Sequence record: NC_041972.1
Length of the DNA: 64,000 bases
Reading direction: 5' to 3' (one strand)
The position numbers and the translations under genes were made by a program. Under the pieces are notes generated by a model, which did not search any database, was not told the DNA's origin, and saw only the letters and a program-made list of their open reading frames with translations. This document shows, piece after piece, positions 18,125 through 26,500 of the stretch; the first letter of the stretch is position 1; each line of letters starts with the position of its first letter.

Positions 18125-18907
18125 ATGGCTATGACGTTCGAAAAAGAAGGGGACACGTTGCACATTGTGCGACTGAGAACCAAGGGCTGGTACCACATGA
18201 CGGTAACCAGCGATCCTGATGCGAGTATGGATATCGTTAACACGAACTTACGTCAGGGCACTTTTACTGATCCACTTTTACAACACCAGTACGACATCTG
18301 TAAAAAAGAGATGGGGCAAGATCCCAATCCAAATGACATCGTTTTCCACCAGTTCGTGACCACGCCAGACCAGACCGGGTATCAGTCTGGCCACTGGATG
18401 ATTCGTGATCACATTCGCCACGGCTATTCACTGAAGTGCCTGACTAACATCGGTGACTGGCTTTCGACCGCAGCCTATCTTTATATCCCAGACCCTGATG
18501 ATAAAGAGGGCGGTGAGAGAAAATACAAAGTAACTGACTTAGGTAAGTATCTCGACAAGGAAGAGTTATTGGGTCATTCTGACCACCTGCCGATGTATTT
18601 CTTGCCTGATGAGGAACCGGGTGACAGCTATGATGAGTTGATTGAAACCCATCGTCTTCCGCAACCTGACAAAGGTTACTCTTGTGTGGCCATCAAGAAC
18701 GGTATGTCGTTTAGTTTGCTGACGTACAACAACTCCAAGCGGGTGCTTTCAGAAGAGGAAGAACTGCAAACCACAACCGTCCCAGTCAGGGCAGATGGTT
18801 TGCTGTACAGCTCCGTCTTAGAGTTGGCTATGGCTAAGAACGCCCCAGTCTGGTTTGTCTTGGAGATGCTAACCTCCGAAACCGACCCAAACTGGCATTT
18901 CGTCTAA
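18125..18907 (+). CDS. Degenerate GIY-YIG-like protein with C-terminal HTH-like domain (paralog 2)
   Basis: TLHIVRLRTKGWYHMT..LRQGTFTDPLLQHQYD..LTNIGDWL; C-terminal VPVRADGLLYSSVLELA..PNWHFV. Confidence 0.65.
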   Translation: MAMTFEKEGDTLHIVRLRTKGWYHMTVTSDPDASMDIVNTNLRQGTFTDPLLQHQYDICKKEMGQDPNPNDIVFHQFVTTPDQTGYQSGHWMIRDHIRHGYSLKCLTNIGDWLSTAAYLYIPDPDDKEGGERKYKVTDLGKYLDKEELLGHSDHLPMYFLPDEEPGDSYDELIETHRLPQPDKGYSCVAIKNGMSFSLLTYNNSKRVLSEEEELQTTTVPVRADGLLYSSVLELAMAKNAPVWFVLEMLTSETDPNWHFV

Positions 18908-18995
18908 CCGAGATTGGCTGTGGGGAATCCTATGCAATTGCAAAGTGTAGAGAGAACCACGGCCAATCGTAAGCTGTATCATAAGGAGAGAGATT

Positions 18996-20576
18996 GTGAG
19001 TGAAGCTAACCAGAACATCGTAGAAAGCTACGACGACCTGCCGAAGAACGCGCAGAAAGGTGATCGCTATACCGTGCGTGAAGACGCGATCGTTTACGAA
19101 CTCCAGGAAGATGGTTCTTGGAAAGACGTAGACATCAACGAACAGGTTGATCAGGAAAACGAAGAGCAGGCGCAGACCGAAGATGGTCAGCAGTCTGACA
19201 CCGGCGCAACTGATCAGCCAGCCTCTGATGAAGAGAGCGATGCTGATTCGTCTGAAACGGCAGCTACCGATGAAGAAGACCAGGTAGATGACAACGGCGA
19301 TGACAAGCAGACTCCGGCTGAAGAGAAGCAGGAAGAAGCAGCGCAGGCGGTTGATGAAACCCAACCACGTGATGACCCTTACGTACGAGGAGCGAACAGC
19401 GATGCCAATCCGGCACAACCTGAAGATGCGAATCAAACGCAAGATCAGACTGACGAAGCAGGACAAACTCCTGATTCTTCTGACGATACCAACGCGCAGC
19501 AGGAAAGCACTGATGGCGTTGCGACGCAGGATGCGAAAGAGCAGGCTAACATCCCGGAAGGGGTAGATCCTGAAGAAGCGCAACCTGACAACCAGCCACT
19601 GGCGGTAGCGCCGGTTGAACAACCCCCTGTCCAGCACGAAGCGGTCGCGGTTGATCCTAACGCCGACCAACCATCACCTGAAGCGCGTCCAGACAGCAAG
19701 ATCGAAGAAGCAGCTGAACTGAACGCACAGAAAGAAGATGCGGCTCGTGATGAGATCGCTGAAGCCGGTGCCGATGCACAAGCTGCGACCTCTGCTGAGC
19801 AGACTGACGCTGGCAAAGCCAAAGAAGACGCACAGGCTGAAGGCCAGTTGCCGAACGATGGTGCTGCTGATGATGTCGCCGCTGGTAAACCACGTAATGA
19901 CCAGACCTACACCGAAGATCAGAAAGCGGCGAACACGCCAGCGCCTGAAATCGTGCAGGCTCAGGAAAACCATACGTCAGAGCCAGACCCGGTAGTCAGC
20001 CAGGAAGAGATCCATGTGCAGAACGCCACGGACCCTGACCAGCCGACTATTATCCCGCAGGAAGCGAAGTCTGAATCACTGGCGCATCAAGCGGCTGATC
20101 CAACGCAGGAAACTGTGTTTGTTAAGCAGGATGAAAACCTGGACCCGGAAGTGCGTGTGCTGCAACAGCGCATTGAAGAGTACATCGGCAACATGGGTGT
20201 GAACGGTAAGCACGATCGCCGTGACGGTCCGAAGTATCAGGCTCGCCTGTACAAAGACCTGCACTCCATCATGGCGCTGGAGCCAGTGAAGTTCAAGCAA
20301 GTGATGGACTACCTGCTGAACCGTGTGTATGAAGAACGTGCCGGTGCTTTCTCCGACACCTATACGCGCCGTTACTTCGATCAGCTGTCACCGATGCACA
20401 TGCAGACCGATCGCGTGCGTGAGTTTGACAACATCCTGTCGCTGGTAACTACTGTGGGTCATTCCAAAAACCGCAGTCGTGCCCTGCAGCAGGTTGATCT
20501 GCAACGCGCCCTGAAGAACATTCAGGATGCCGGTAAGCAGCAGCGTATGGCAGCGTACTTTGATGCTCTGCGTTAA
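18996..20576 (+). CDS. Acidic low-complexity protein with N-terminal fibre-like module and folded C-terminal domain
   Basis: About 330 aa of D/E/Q/A/P-rich sequence, then an ordinary-composition domain of about 150 aa; AGGAG RBS. Confidence 0.8.
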   Translation: MSEANQNIVESYDDLPKNAQKGDRYTVREDAIVYELQEDGSWKDVDINEQVDQENEEQAQTEDGQQSDTGATDQPASDEESDADSSETAATDEEDQVDDNGDDKQTPAEEKQEEAAQAVDETQPRDDPYVRGANSDANPAQPEDANQTQDQTDEAGQTPDSSDDTNAQQESTDGVATQDAKEQANIPEGVDPEEAQPDNQPLAVAPVEQPPVQHEAVAVDPNADQPSPEARPDSKIEEAAELNAQKEDAARDEIAEAGADAQAATSAEQTDAGKAKEDAQAEGQLPNDGAADDVAAGKPRNDQTYTEDQKAANTPAPEIVQAQENHTSEPDPVVSQEEIHVQNATDPDQPTIIPQEAKSESLAHQAADPTQETVFVKQDENLDPEVRVLQQRIEEYIGNMGVNGKHDRRDGPKYQARLYKDLHSIMALEPVKFKQVMDYLLNRVYEERAGAFSDTYTRRYFDQLSPMHMQTDRVREFDNILSLVTTVGHSKNRSRALQQVDLQRALKNIQDAGKQQRMAAYFDALR

Positions 20577-20591
20577 TTGATCATTTGATCA

Positions 20592-20641
20592 GCATAAGGA
20601 GAGGCTTCGCGCCTCTCCTGTTTATGCCGTCTTTTTTTTTT
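20592..20641. terminator. Hairpin plus TTATGCCG and T-run between convergent genes
   Basis: gcata-aggagaggc-ttcgc-gcctctcct-gtttatgccgtc then T-run. Confidence 0.8.
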
Positions 20642-21143
20642 ACACTAAAATGCCGTTAAAAGCCACCGGGTCATTAGCCAGGAATGGGTTGTACCGAACC
20701 ACAGACTCTAGCGTGTAATCGTAGTAGATAAAGTCCAAGCATTGTGCACCCTGGTAGGTAGTCCATGACTTTGATAGATAACCATTGCGGTCTAACGCAA
20801 CGTAAGCTGGACGGCTCGCCAACGTAGTAAACTTCATCAACACTTGTGGTTGGTTATTAAGGTTATTTGTAAATACAGGCAGGGAAGGATGCGCATGCCT
20901 TGCAATCGAACACAACCAAGAGTCGTAGGTAAACCACTCTTTATACGGCGTGCCATACATGTTGTTGGATGTGTTTAACGCGATATTAACATATTTACCG
21001 GCAGTAGCAGACATGCTGGTACTTGCGTTCGCTACCTTTGTATATTTAGCGGTATTAGCTGCAAGCCACTCCTGGAATTGCGCATAGGTCATTTTGGTGC
21101 CTATCTGCGGCTGTGACTTGCTGCCCATTAACATCTCTAACAT
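20640..21143 (-). CDS. MLE(L/M)LM-start putative virion accessory protein, paralog A
   Basis: Clear paralog of 21156-21665 (GTPY, IARHA, RNGY, LDFIYYD, FNG); GGAG RBS. Confidence 0.75.
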   Translation of the reverse strand: MLEMLMGSKSQPQIGTKMTYAQFQEWLAANTAKYTKVANASTSMSATAGKYVNIALNTSNNMYGTPYKEWFTYDSWLCSIARHAHPSLPVFTNNLNNQPQVLMKFTTLASRPAYVALDRNGYLSKSWTTYQGAQCLDFIYYDYTLESVVRYNPFLANDPVAFNGILV

Positions 21144-21155
21144 GGTAACTCCTGA

Positions 21156-21665
21156 TTAGAGCAACACCCCGTTAAACGGTACCGGTGTGCCGCCATTTAA
21201 CGGAGTCCACCGCATCACAACACCCTGGGTATTGTCGTAGTAAATAAAGTCAAGCACAGTACGGCCGTTAAATGATCCGTAAGACAAGCTGGTGTAACCG
21301 TTACGATTGAGGCCTGAATAGGCACTTTTGGTAACATAAGGTCCAAGCTTCATTAAACAAAACTGTTTATTCGCCAACATGTAATCAAACATCGTTTGTG
21401 CCGGACACGCATGTCGTGCGATCCTTGCCCAAGTTGAATCGTGAGTACAGGAGTTTAAATAGGGGGTACCCCACATGTTACCGCCATCAGCCGTCATGGA
21501 GATCCTGGCATAGCCGTTCGTAAACGTGGTGGACGAAGGGGTGCCTGTATTCGACGCTGCACTGACCGCACTGTACTTAGTGGTATTGGTATTTAACCAA
21601 GTAACAAAATCCGCATAGCTCATCTTTACAGTTTTCTTGCCAGCGTACATTAATAACTCGAGCAT
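21156..21665 (-). CDS. MLE(L/M)LM-start putative virion accessory protein, paralog B
   Basis: Tandem paralog of 20640-21143; GGAG RBS. Confidence 0.75.
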   Translation of the reverse strand: MLELLMYAGKKTVKMSYADFVTWLNTNTTKYSAVSAASNTGTPSSTTFTNGYARISMTADGGNMWGTPYLNSCTHDSTWARIARHACPAQTMFDYMLANKQFCLMKLGPYVTKSAYSGLNRNGYTSLSYGSFNGRTVLDFIYYDNTQGVVMRWTPLNGGTPVPFNGVLL

Positions 21666-21735
21666 AACTCCACCTCAAAATAAAATCCCGTTAGCAAGGG
21701 TTCTGGTTCTCTAATACATGACTTATAGGATTTAG

Positions 21736-21768
21736 CCGGCATAACGGAGCAGGCAACGCCTACTCCTG
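21736..21768 (-). terminator. Hairpin plus TTATGCCG (minus strand)
   Basis: Minus strand reads caggagtaggc-gtt-gcctgctccg-ttatgccgg. Confidence 0.7.
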
Positions 21769-21806
21769 AATCCTGGTGTGAATAACGGTTGGTCGATTGG
21801 GGTATT

Positions 21807-22784
21807 TTAACCCGCTGTAGTTTGATCTGGGTAACCTCGACCTGTCCCCCAGACAATACGAACAATACCATCAGCACCACTACCTAACAAACTGGTGCCG
21901 TCACTCTTGTACTGACTTGCCCCGCCGCCGCCTGCGCCCCCACCTGGAATCGCGGTAGGTATCCCCGCCCCTGATCCTGGCATATCCTTGATACGTCCTG
22001 TCGATTTAATTCCCCCACCACCTCGACCAGTATAGATCTTGGTAGTGCCTTGGGTCGTCAGGGTAACATTCCCGCCATAACCCGCTCCCGTATCCGCAGG
22101 GTTAGTGGGGGTTGCACCATAAGCACATCCTGTGCCGCCATCGCCCATGTAACCGCCTGCACCGCCACCGCCGACCGCACGTGTCGTTAATGACCCGGTG
22201 CCACCCTTTCCACCTGTACCACCCCCAACAATAGGTTTGGTAGCAGGGTTCTGGATAGGGTTGTTCGCGATCCCGGCTAACACACCGCCGACGACATTTA
22301 ACAGCCCGCCGACCAAACCGCCTACTAATCCCCCTACTATATCCACCAATACCAGATCCAGGAGATTACCGGAAAGTCCATTCGACTGCGGCATGACGGT
22401 AACTGCCGTGTTACCGGATGCGTCCTCCCCGCCACCCACTGCTTTTAACAGATAAGTGCCATTACGCGCTATCCCGGAGAAAGACCCTTTATTCGCCGTG
22501 AAGGCGGTTTTAACGGGTGTTGGCGTACCAATCCCACCTTGCCCTACCACAACCGTCATCTTCTCACCAGGAGTCACAGGGATCGCATTACGATAACGTA
22601 ACGTTCCGCCATTCCCGCCGGTGTGTACAAGGGTAGTGCTACTGGCTGATTGCCCACCCCCTACTGCGACGGCACTCATGCTCGTTGCCCCTTCTGGCAC
22701 AATCAGTTCGTACACCCCCGCCTTTGTGAAGAGCGTCTCTAGGGGTAACTTAATGTGTGTCTTGTTTAACAATAACCCAATCAT
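21807..22784 (-). CDS. Glycine-rich domain protein (tail-fibre/virion accessory type)
   Basis: FTKAGVYELIVPEG..AVAVGGG..GGNGG..PVTPGEKMTVVVGQGG..GADGIVRIVW pattern. Confidence 0.7.
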   Translation of the reverse strand: MIGLLLNKTHIKLPLETLFTKAGVYELIVPEGATSMSAVAVGGGQSASSTTLVHTGGNGGTLRYRNAIPVTPGEKMTVVVGQGGIGTPTPVKTAFTANKGSFSGIARNGTYLLKAVGGGEDASGNTAVTVMPQSNGLSGNLLDLVLVDIVGGLVGGLVGGLLNVVGGVLAGIANNPIQNPATKPIVGGGTGGKGGTGSLTTRAVGGGGAGGYMGDGGTGCAYGATPTNPADTGAGYGGNVTLTTQGTTKIYTGRGGGGIKSTGRIKDMPGSGAGIPTAIPGGGAGGGGASQYKSDGTSLLGSGADGIVRIVWGTGRGYPDQTTAG

Positions 22785-22840
22785 GCATCATCCTTCTAGA
22801 ATGAGTACCTTGACGACCTACTCGCGTCATAGCATTCCAG

Positions 22841-22866
22841 CCGGCATAAGGGGGTGGATACCCTGA
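22841..22866 (-). terminator. Short hairpin plus TTATGCCG downstream of DNA polymerase
   Basis: Minus strand reads tcagggtatccacccccttatgccgg. Confidence 0.55.
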
Positions 22867-22893
22867 CCGTAGCCAAGGTATCCACGTGGTGCG

Positions 22894-24615
22894 TCAAGCC
22901 GCAGCCATGAAATCGATCTCGATGTGTTTTTCTACCATAAAGTCTTTCAGTAACGTAATGGTCTCAGGTGCTTTGTACAACTTACGTGCAAGTTCACCGG
23001 CATTGTTCATACCGCCGGCTGCCAGGTTTACTGCCACCTGACGATATTCGGTATCATCCAATCCTTCGATCTGGGTCATCTCAATCCAGGTGGTTTGTTT
23101 CCCCACATTCATGATAACCGTACCGGTCGGGTATGCCCCTTCTACGTCGATGTCGTTCGTACCGGTGCGCACATAGGACTTGACATTCGGCAGTTCTTTA
23201 AACATCGCTTTGCCGTTTAAAGCAACCAGCTCTGTTGGGAGCATGACGATCCAGCCACCCAGCCCCTGAATGTGATCATCCAGTTCGGTACGCATCTGAT
23301 CTGATGTGGTACCCCAGATATACCCTTCTTTCATCACATCGTAATGCATCGCCTCAGCGATACGTGTCGGCTGCGATATAAAGTTACGGTAGTCTGACAC
23401 CCCGCAGAACGTTGGAACCGCTACAGAGAGATCTGAGGTCTTCTCGTCCATCATTTCAACCACGATGCAGTCGAAGATGTTATACATCACATATTCGTAC
23501 TTGTAGTTGCTCTGCATGAACTCATGCCAGTCCGCCCCGTGGTACCCTTCAGCTTCACTGAACTTCATCTTGGTCACACCGAGTACTTTCTCAGCGATGT
23601 TATCCAGTTTGTAGTTCAGCTCTTTACCGTTCATGGTACGCAGGTAGTAATAGGCTGACATCGATTCAGCCCAACGGAACGACGCAGGGGCATTGACGTA
23701 AGGCCACTTCTCATAGTTAGCTAATGATGTCTTGGTGACTTCTTTGCCATCATTTTTTACTTTGTGGGTTTTGCCCTCGTAGTAATAAACGTTACGGTAC
23801 TCTTGCGGTACCGAGGGATCGCAAATAACGTCAGCAGGGTTGATGCCGGCATTAGTTAATGTTTGGGTAAGAACCTTGTAGTCGAACTCGAGTACGTTCC
23901 AGCCAGTGATGAAATCGGGCATCCACTCATGGGCACGTTCAAACAGTTTGACAAAGCCATCTGCAGCGCTGTCAACCAACACAAACTCCGGGTTGGTGAT
24001 GCTGCGTTTGGTTGCCCACTCGCCCAGGTATTTATCCCAGGCCAGTTTCAGCTTCTGATGAATACGCTCATCCGCTTCCCCGCCGAAGTAGCGACGGATC
24101 ACAAAGGTAAAGGTGCGTTCTTTAAAGGTTAAGGATGCCATGATCGGCTCACCCTTATACCGCTCGTCTACCATTTCGGTTTCGATATCGAACACACTGA
24201 TTTTGTACGGAGTAAAGGTATCAGGAAACTTCGCTTCGTACATCGCTTTGACAATCGAAGAGGGTTCGATGTCAGCGCCATACACGTACGGACTGCGACA
24301 TACCCGACGCAACTGCTGATCAGTAGCGCCTTTTCCCAGCATCTTTGAGATGTGGTTAGGAAGATCCCACTGTGGGCAACTGAACTTCTGCAGCTTGGAC
24401 AGCTCTTCGTAATCTTTCTTATCCTGGTGATTGCGGTACGCCGGTTTGGTAAGGTAGTAATCACGCTTCATGTCTTTGATGATGCGGGTGTGGGGTTTGC
24501 TGTTCCCGTTCTCGTCAATCACATTCTCTTTCACGAAGATGATGTCTGATTTGCCGCGCAGAGAAAGGGTATAGATCGCGTGCTTGCATTCGAAACGAAG
24601 GTTATTGCTGCTCAT
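22894..24615 (-). CDS. Family B DNA polymerase, exonuclease plus motif A half (phiKZ gp82-like split polymerase)
   Basis: ExoI VFDIETE, ExoII ITGWNVLEFD, ExoIII YNIFDC, Pol motif A DIDVEGAYP; ORF ends before motifs B and C. Confidence 0.88.
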   Translation of the reverse strand: MSSNNLRFECKHAIYTLSLRGKSDIIFVKENVIDENGNSKPHTRIIKDMKRDYYLTKPAYRNHQDKKDYEELSKLQKFSCPQWDLPNHISKMLGKGATDQQLRRVCRSPYVYGADIEPSSIVKAMYEAKFPDTFTPYKISVFDIETEMVDERYKGEPIMASLTFKERTFTFVIRRYFGGEADERIHQKLKLAWDKYLGEWATKRSITNPEFVLVDSAADGFVKLFERAHEWMPDFITGWNVLEFDYKVLTQTLTNAGINPADVICDPSVPQEYRNVYYYEGKTHKVKNDGKEVTKTSLANYEKWPYVNAPASFRWAESMSAYYYLRTMNGKELNYKLDNIAEKVLGVTKMKFSEAEGYHGADWHEFMQSNYKYEYVMYNIFDCIVVEMMDEKTSDLSVAVPTFCGVSDYRNFISQPTRIAEAMHYDVMKEGYIWGTTSDQMRTELDDHIQGLGGWIVMLPTELVALNGKAMFKELPNVKSYVRTGTNDIDVEGAYPTGTVIMNVGKQTTWIEMTQIEGLDDTEYRQVAVNLAAGGMNNAGELARKLYKAPETITLLKDFMVEKHIEIDFMAAA

Positions 24616-24715
24616 GATGAATGATAATCCTATGTCAAAACACTACAAAGTGCACCAGTGTTTAATACGCGTTATAACATCAGGCGTGCAACTACATTTA
24701 TACAAAGGAGATCAC

Positions 24716-25978
24716 ATGATCCTATCTAGCGGTCTGGAAGCGATTAGCTTTCAAAAGAATCCGCTCTTTTACAAACAGTTGGTTGTCGAATTCTGCCGTC
24801 TGATGGAACTTGCTAAAGCCAACGGTAAGAAGCGCCTGACCGAAGAGATGATGGCGCAGTCTAACCTGGCGAAGATCACCATGGCGAACACCGGCATCAA
24901 AGTCTCACCTGGGGTGGATACCCGCATGCAGTGTAATGCGTACGTTATGATCCCGAGCATCAACTCCTATCACGTCTTCAATGATCGCATGCGTCAGATC
25001 TTCTCAGGGTATGCCGAATCGTTTGAGCAGTTTCGTAGAGCCAACGATGTGTTGATTGGGTTGGTTGATCTGCAGAACTCCAAAGTGGGCGGGGTCTTCT
25101 CGACTATTGATCACCGCATCTGTCTGTCGTACGATATGATGACCGACTACGACATGACCCCGGGTGAAGTCGCAGCCATTTACATGCATGAAGTCGGCCA
25201 TGCCTTTACCTTCCTGGAGATGCTGCACTATACCGCTACCACCAACCTGGTGCTGACCGCTGGCATTGAAGCGATCATCAAATCAGAAACTTCTCGTAAG
25301 CATGTCATCTTAAGTGATATCGAAAACTCCTTAGGGATTAAGATTGATAATAAAGATGAACTGGTCGCTTACGACAAGTATGAAGATTATGCTGTCACGA
25401 TCCTGTCGAAGTACAATCGCACCTTAGCGGCGGCCCTGGGTTCACCGGCACACGATGAATCGATGTCTGAGCAGATGGCAGATATGTTTGCCACCCGACA
25501 TGGCGCGGGATTGGATCTGGCGCGGGGATTGTCCCGTATTCACAAATATTACAATTCACCGAAGTTCAAGTTTGCCCGCTATCTGGAGATCTTTGTCGGC
25601 ATCCTGCAGACCATGGGCTTGTCCCTGGTGTTCGATGTGCTGGGAGTAATCGTTGTCCTGACTGTCGGTAACTTCTTTGGTGGGACGTATGACCGGGCGA
25701 AAGACCGTTTCATCCGCATGCGTAACGAAATCGTGGTCGGCCTGAAAGATGAAGAGATCAGTGCAGCTGACCGCAAACTCTTGATCAGTCATATCGCCGA
25801 GCTGGACAAGATCATTGCCCAGGCCAAAAACGAAAGCTCCTTTGTCGAGCAGCTGTCTCTGGTGGTGCGCGCCAGCCAGCGTGAGCGGTATGCCAGCAAG
25901 TACCTGCAAAAGGACCTTGAAGCCCTTCTTAATAATCCGCTCTATGTCAGTGCGGCCAAACTGAAAACATTGCAATAA
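24716..25978 (+). CDS. Head/ejection protein with zincin HExxH motif (phiKZ gp84 / SPN3US gp45-like position)
   Basis: AAGGAG RBS before ATG 24716; N-terminal SGLE|A protease site; YMHEVGH and EQMADMFA. Confidence 0.75.
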   Translation: MILSSGLEAISFQKNPLFYKQLVVEFCRLMELAKANGKKRLTEEMMAQSNLAKITMANTGIKVSPGVDTRMQCNAYVMIPSINSYHVFNDRMRQIFSGYAESFEQFRRANDVLIGLVDLQNSKVGGVFSTIDHRICLSYDMMTDYDMTPGEVAAIYMHEVGHAFTFLEMLHYTATTNLVLTAGIEAIIKSETSRKHVILSDIENSLGIKIDNKDELVAYDKYEDYAVTILSKYNRTLAAALGSPAHDESMSEQMADMFATRHGAGLDLARGLSRIHKYYNSPKFKFARYLEIFVGILQTMGLSLVFDVLGVIVVLTVGNFFGGTYDRAKDRFIRMRNEIVVGLKDEEISAADRKLLISHIAELDKIIAQAKNESSFVEQLSLVVRASQRERYASKYLQKDLEALLNNPLYVSAAKLKTLQ

Positions 25979-25991
25979 GGATTCATCAGAA

Positions 25992-26498
25992 ATGATTATT
26001 GACGTAGCAGAATTAAAGAAACAGATCGTGTCGGTGCGTTCTATTGCAGAGATCCCAACTACCCTGCGTACTAAACTGATTGAAACCGGTCTGGCCCGTG
26101 CGGTAGCGTATGGTGTTGATCTGCCAAAAGAGCTGGTCGGTAACCCGGTCTCCTATTTCGCCAGCAACGCCACTGATGCTAAGCAGGCACTGGCGGTGAT
26201 CAACGAAACCAACGTGATCAACATCTCCCGTATCCTGTCACTCGCCACCATCATCTGGCAGGCGCGCTACAACATGGTTTATCTGCCAGCCACTCGCGAG
26301 TCCATGGAGTTGACTCATCAGGTACTATCCGATCAGCGTGAATGGTTGTTCGATGCAGAGCAGCAGGATTTCCTGTCAGCGACCATTGGCGACGGTACCG
26401 TGCAAGACAGCCTGAAGCTGGCCCTGTTAAACTTCACCTGCCCGGCTGTGATCAACCCTAACCAGGTAGCACCAGTCACCACCGCTGACGAGGAGTAA
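25992..26498 (+). CDS. Virion head protein (168 aa)
   Basis: AAGGA RBS; lies within the head operon. Confidence 0.7.
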   Translation: MIIDVAELKKQIVSVRSIAEIPTTLRTKLIETGLARAVAYGVDLPKELVGNPVSYFASNATDAKQALAVINETNVINISRILSLATIIWQARYNMVYLPATRESMELTHQVLSDQREWLFDAEQQDFLSATIGDGTVQDSLKLALLNFTCPAVINPNQVAPVTTADEE

Positions 26499-26500
26499 TC

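Noticed and set aside
18930-19670. 246-aa minus-strand ORF (also 19445-19822)
   Set aside because: Antisense shadow of the acidic low-complexity gene; no RBS, and the composition is explained by the complementary codons.
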